Positions 63,811 to 64,000 of a DNA stretch of 64,000 nucleotides are shown in pieces; the stretch's first letter is position 1; the number at the start of each line of letters is the position of its first letter. Made by a program: the position numbers and the translations under genes. The notes beneath the pieces are model-generated. The model saw only the letters and a program-made list of their open reading frames with translations. It did not search any database and was not told the origin of the DNA. The DNA is taken from positions 188,878 through 252,877 of IMG/VR virus record IMGVR_UViG_3300025030_000039. One strand, given 5' to 3'. Origin of the DNA: a virus.

Positions 63811-63868
63811 TCAAGCATAAAGCATGAATCAATTACATTGAATAAAATGAAGAATTAAGAAATGAAAA

Positions 63869-64000
63869 TTAATCAGGAATAATTATCAAATTTGGATTTG
63901 GATTAACTACTAAAAAATTTTCACATTCTTCCTTTGTCCCAATAAAACACTCAATTATTTCTTCATTATTAAGGCTTAAATCTAAAATTTTGTATAACAT
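63869..64000 (-). CDS. 3' end of a minus-strand ORF running off the window end (partial)
   Basis: Minus-strand open frame from 64000 down to a TAA at 63871-63869 (...LDLSLNNEEIIECFIGTKEECENFLVVNPNPNLIIIPD*). The true start may lie beyond the window. Confidence 0.25.
   Translation of the reverse strand: MLYKILDLSLNNEEIIECFIGTKEECENFLVVNPNPNLIIIPD

Noticed and set aside
1-64000. Possibility that this is a eukaryotic giant virus (NCLDV) segment, given the AT-richness, ORFan density, minimal Pol X reminiscent of ASFV, and a TnpB/Fanzor-like gene.
   Set aside because: The sigma-70-family sigma factor is unmistakable. ClpP, MazG, lipobox lipoproteins, rho-independent-type terminators, operon-like ATGA/TAATG gene couplings and an IS607-type HTH all point to a bacteriophage or bacterial context. 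The TnpB is therefore called TnpB, not Fanzor.
1-64000. CRISPR arrays, rRNA genes and tRNA genes.
   Set aside because: There are no regularly spaced short direct repeats with unique spacers. The repeats found are promoter cassettes, a coding 27-bp tandem repeat, or dispersed elements. Nothing resembles rRNA. I could not find a convincing cloverleaf or T-loop (GTTCRANYC) in the non-coding gaps by eye. A proper tRNA scan is still advisable.

Overview
The window is very AT-rich and densely packed with short, co-oriented genes in strand blocks: about 1-1.8 kb minus, 1.8-4.9 kb plus, 4.9-21 kb minus, 21-30 kb mostly plus, 30.8-33.3 kb minus, 33.5-40.3 kb plus, and 42-63.8 kb plus. Most genes overlap their neighbours by 1-30 nt and most encode proteins with no recognisable motif. 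I read it as part of a large ('jumbo') bacteriophage or phage-like element of a low-GC host, not a eukaryotic virus or an ordinary bacterial chromosome.

Evidence for that reading:
- a clear sigma-70-family sigma factor gene (52852-53685)
- a ClpP-family protease with an intact Ser-His-Asp triad
- a MazG-like NTP pyrophosphatase
- secreted proteins and lipoproteins with bacterial signal peptides or lipoboxes, mostly without Shine-Dalgarno sequences
- conserved promoter-like motifs upstream of many genes, in three sequence variants
- hairpin terminators with flanking A/T tracts
- an IS200/IS605/IS607-type element (truncated MerR-like HTH ORF plus a 440-aa TnpB with an intact RuvC D-E-D but no zinc finger), and a degraded second tnpB copy

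Recognisable accessory genes:
- three radical-SAM enzymes: RlmN/Cfr-like, lysine-2,3-aminomutase (KamA)-like, and a small one next to a YkgJ-type Cys-rich protein and Cys-rich peptides
- a GT2 glycosyltransferase
- a GNAT acetyltransferase, plus a Zn-ribbon/DUF559-like endonuclease/GNAT fusion
- a bacterial-type LRR protein
- a C26 gamma-glutamyl hydrolase-like amidotransferase
- a calcineurin-like metallophosphoesterase
- HD and HAD hydrolases
- an ASCH/DUF3850 protein
- two DNA polymerase X-like proteins, one minimal palm-thumb form and one that looks circularly permuted

I found no rRNA, no confident tRNA and no CRISPR array. All functional calls rest on motifs read by eye, not on database searches.
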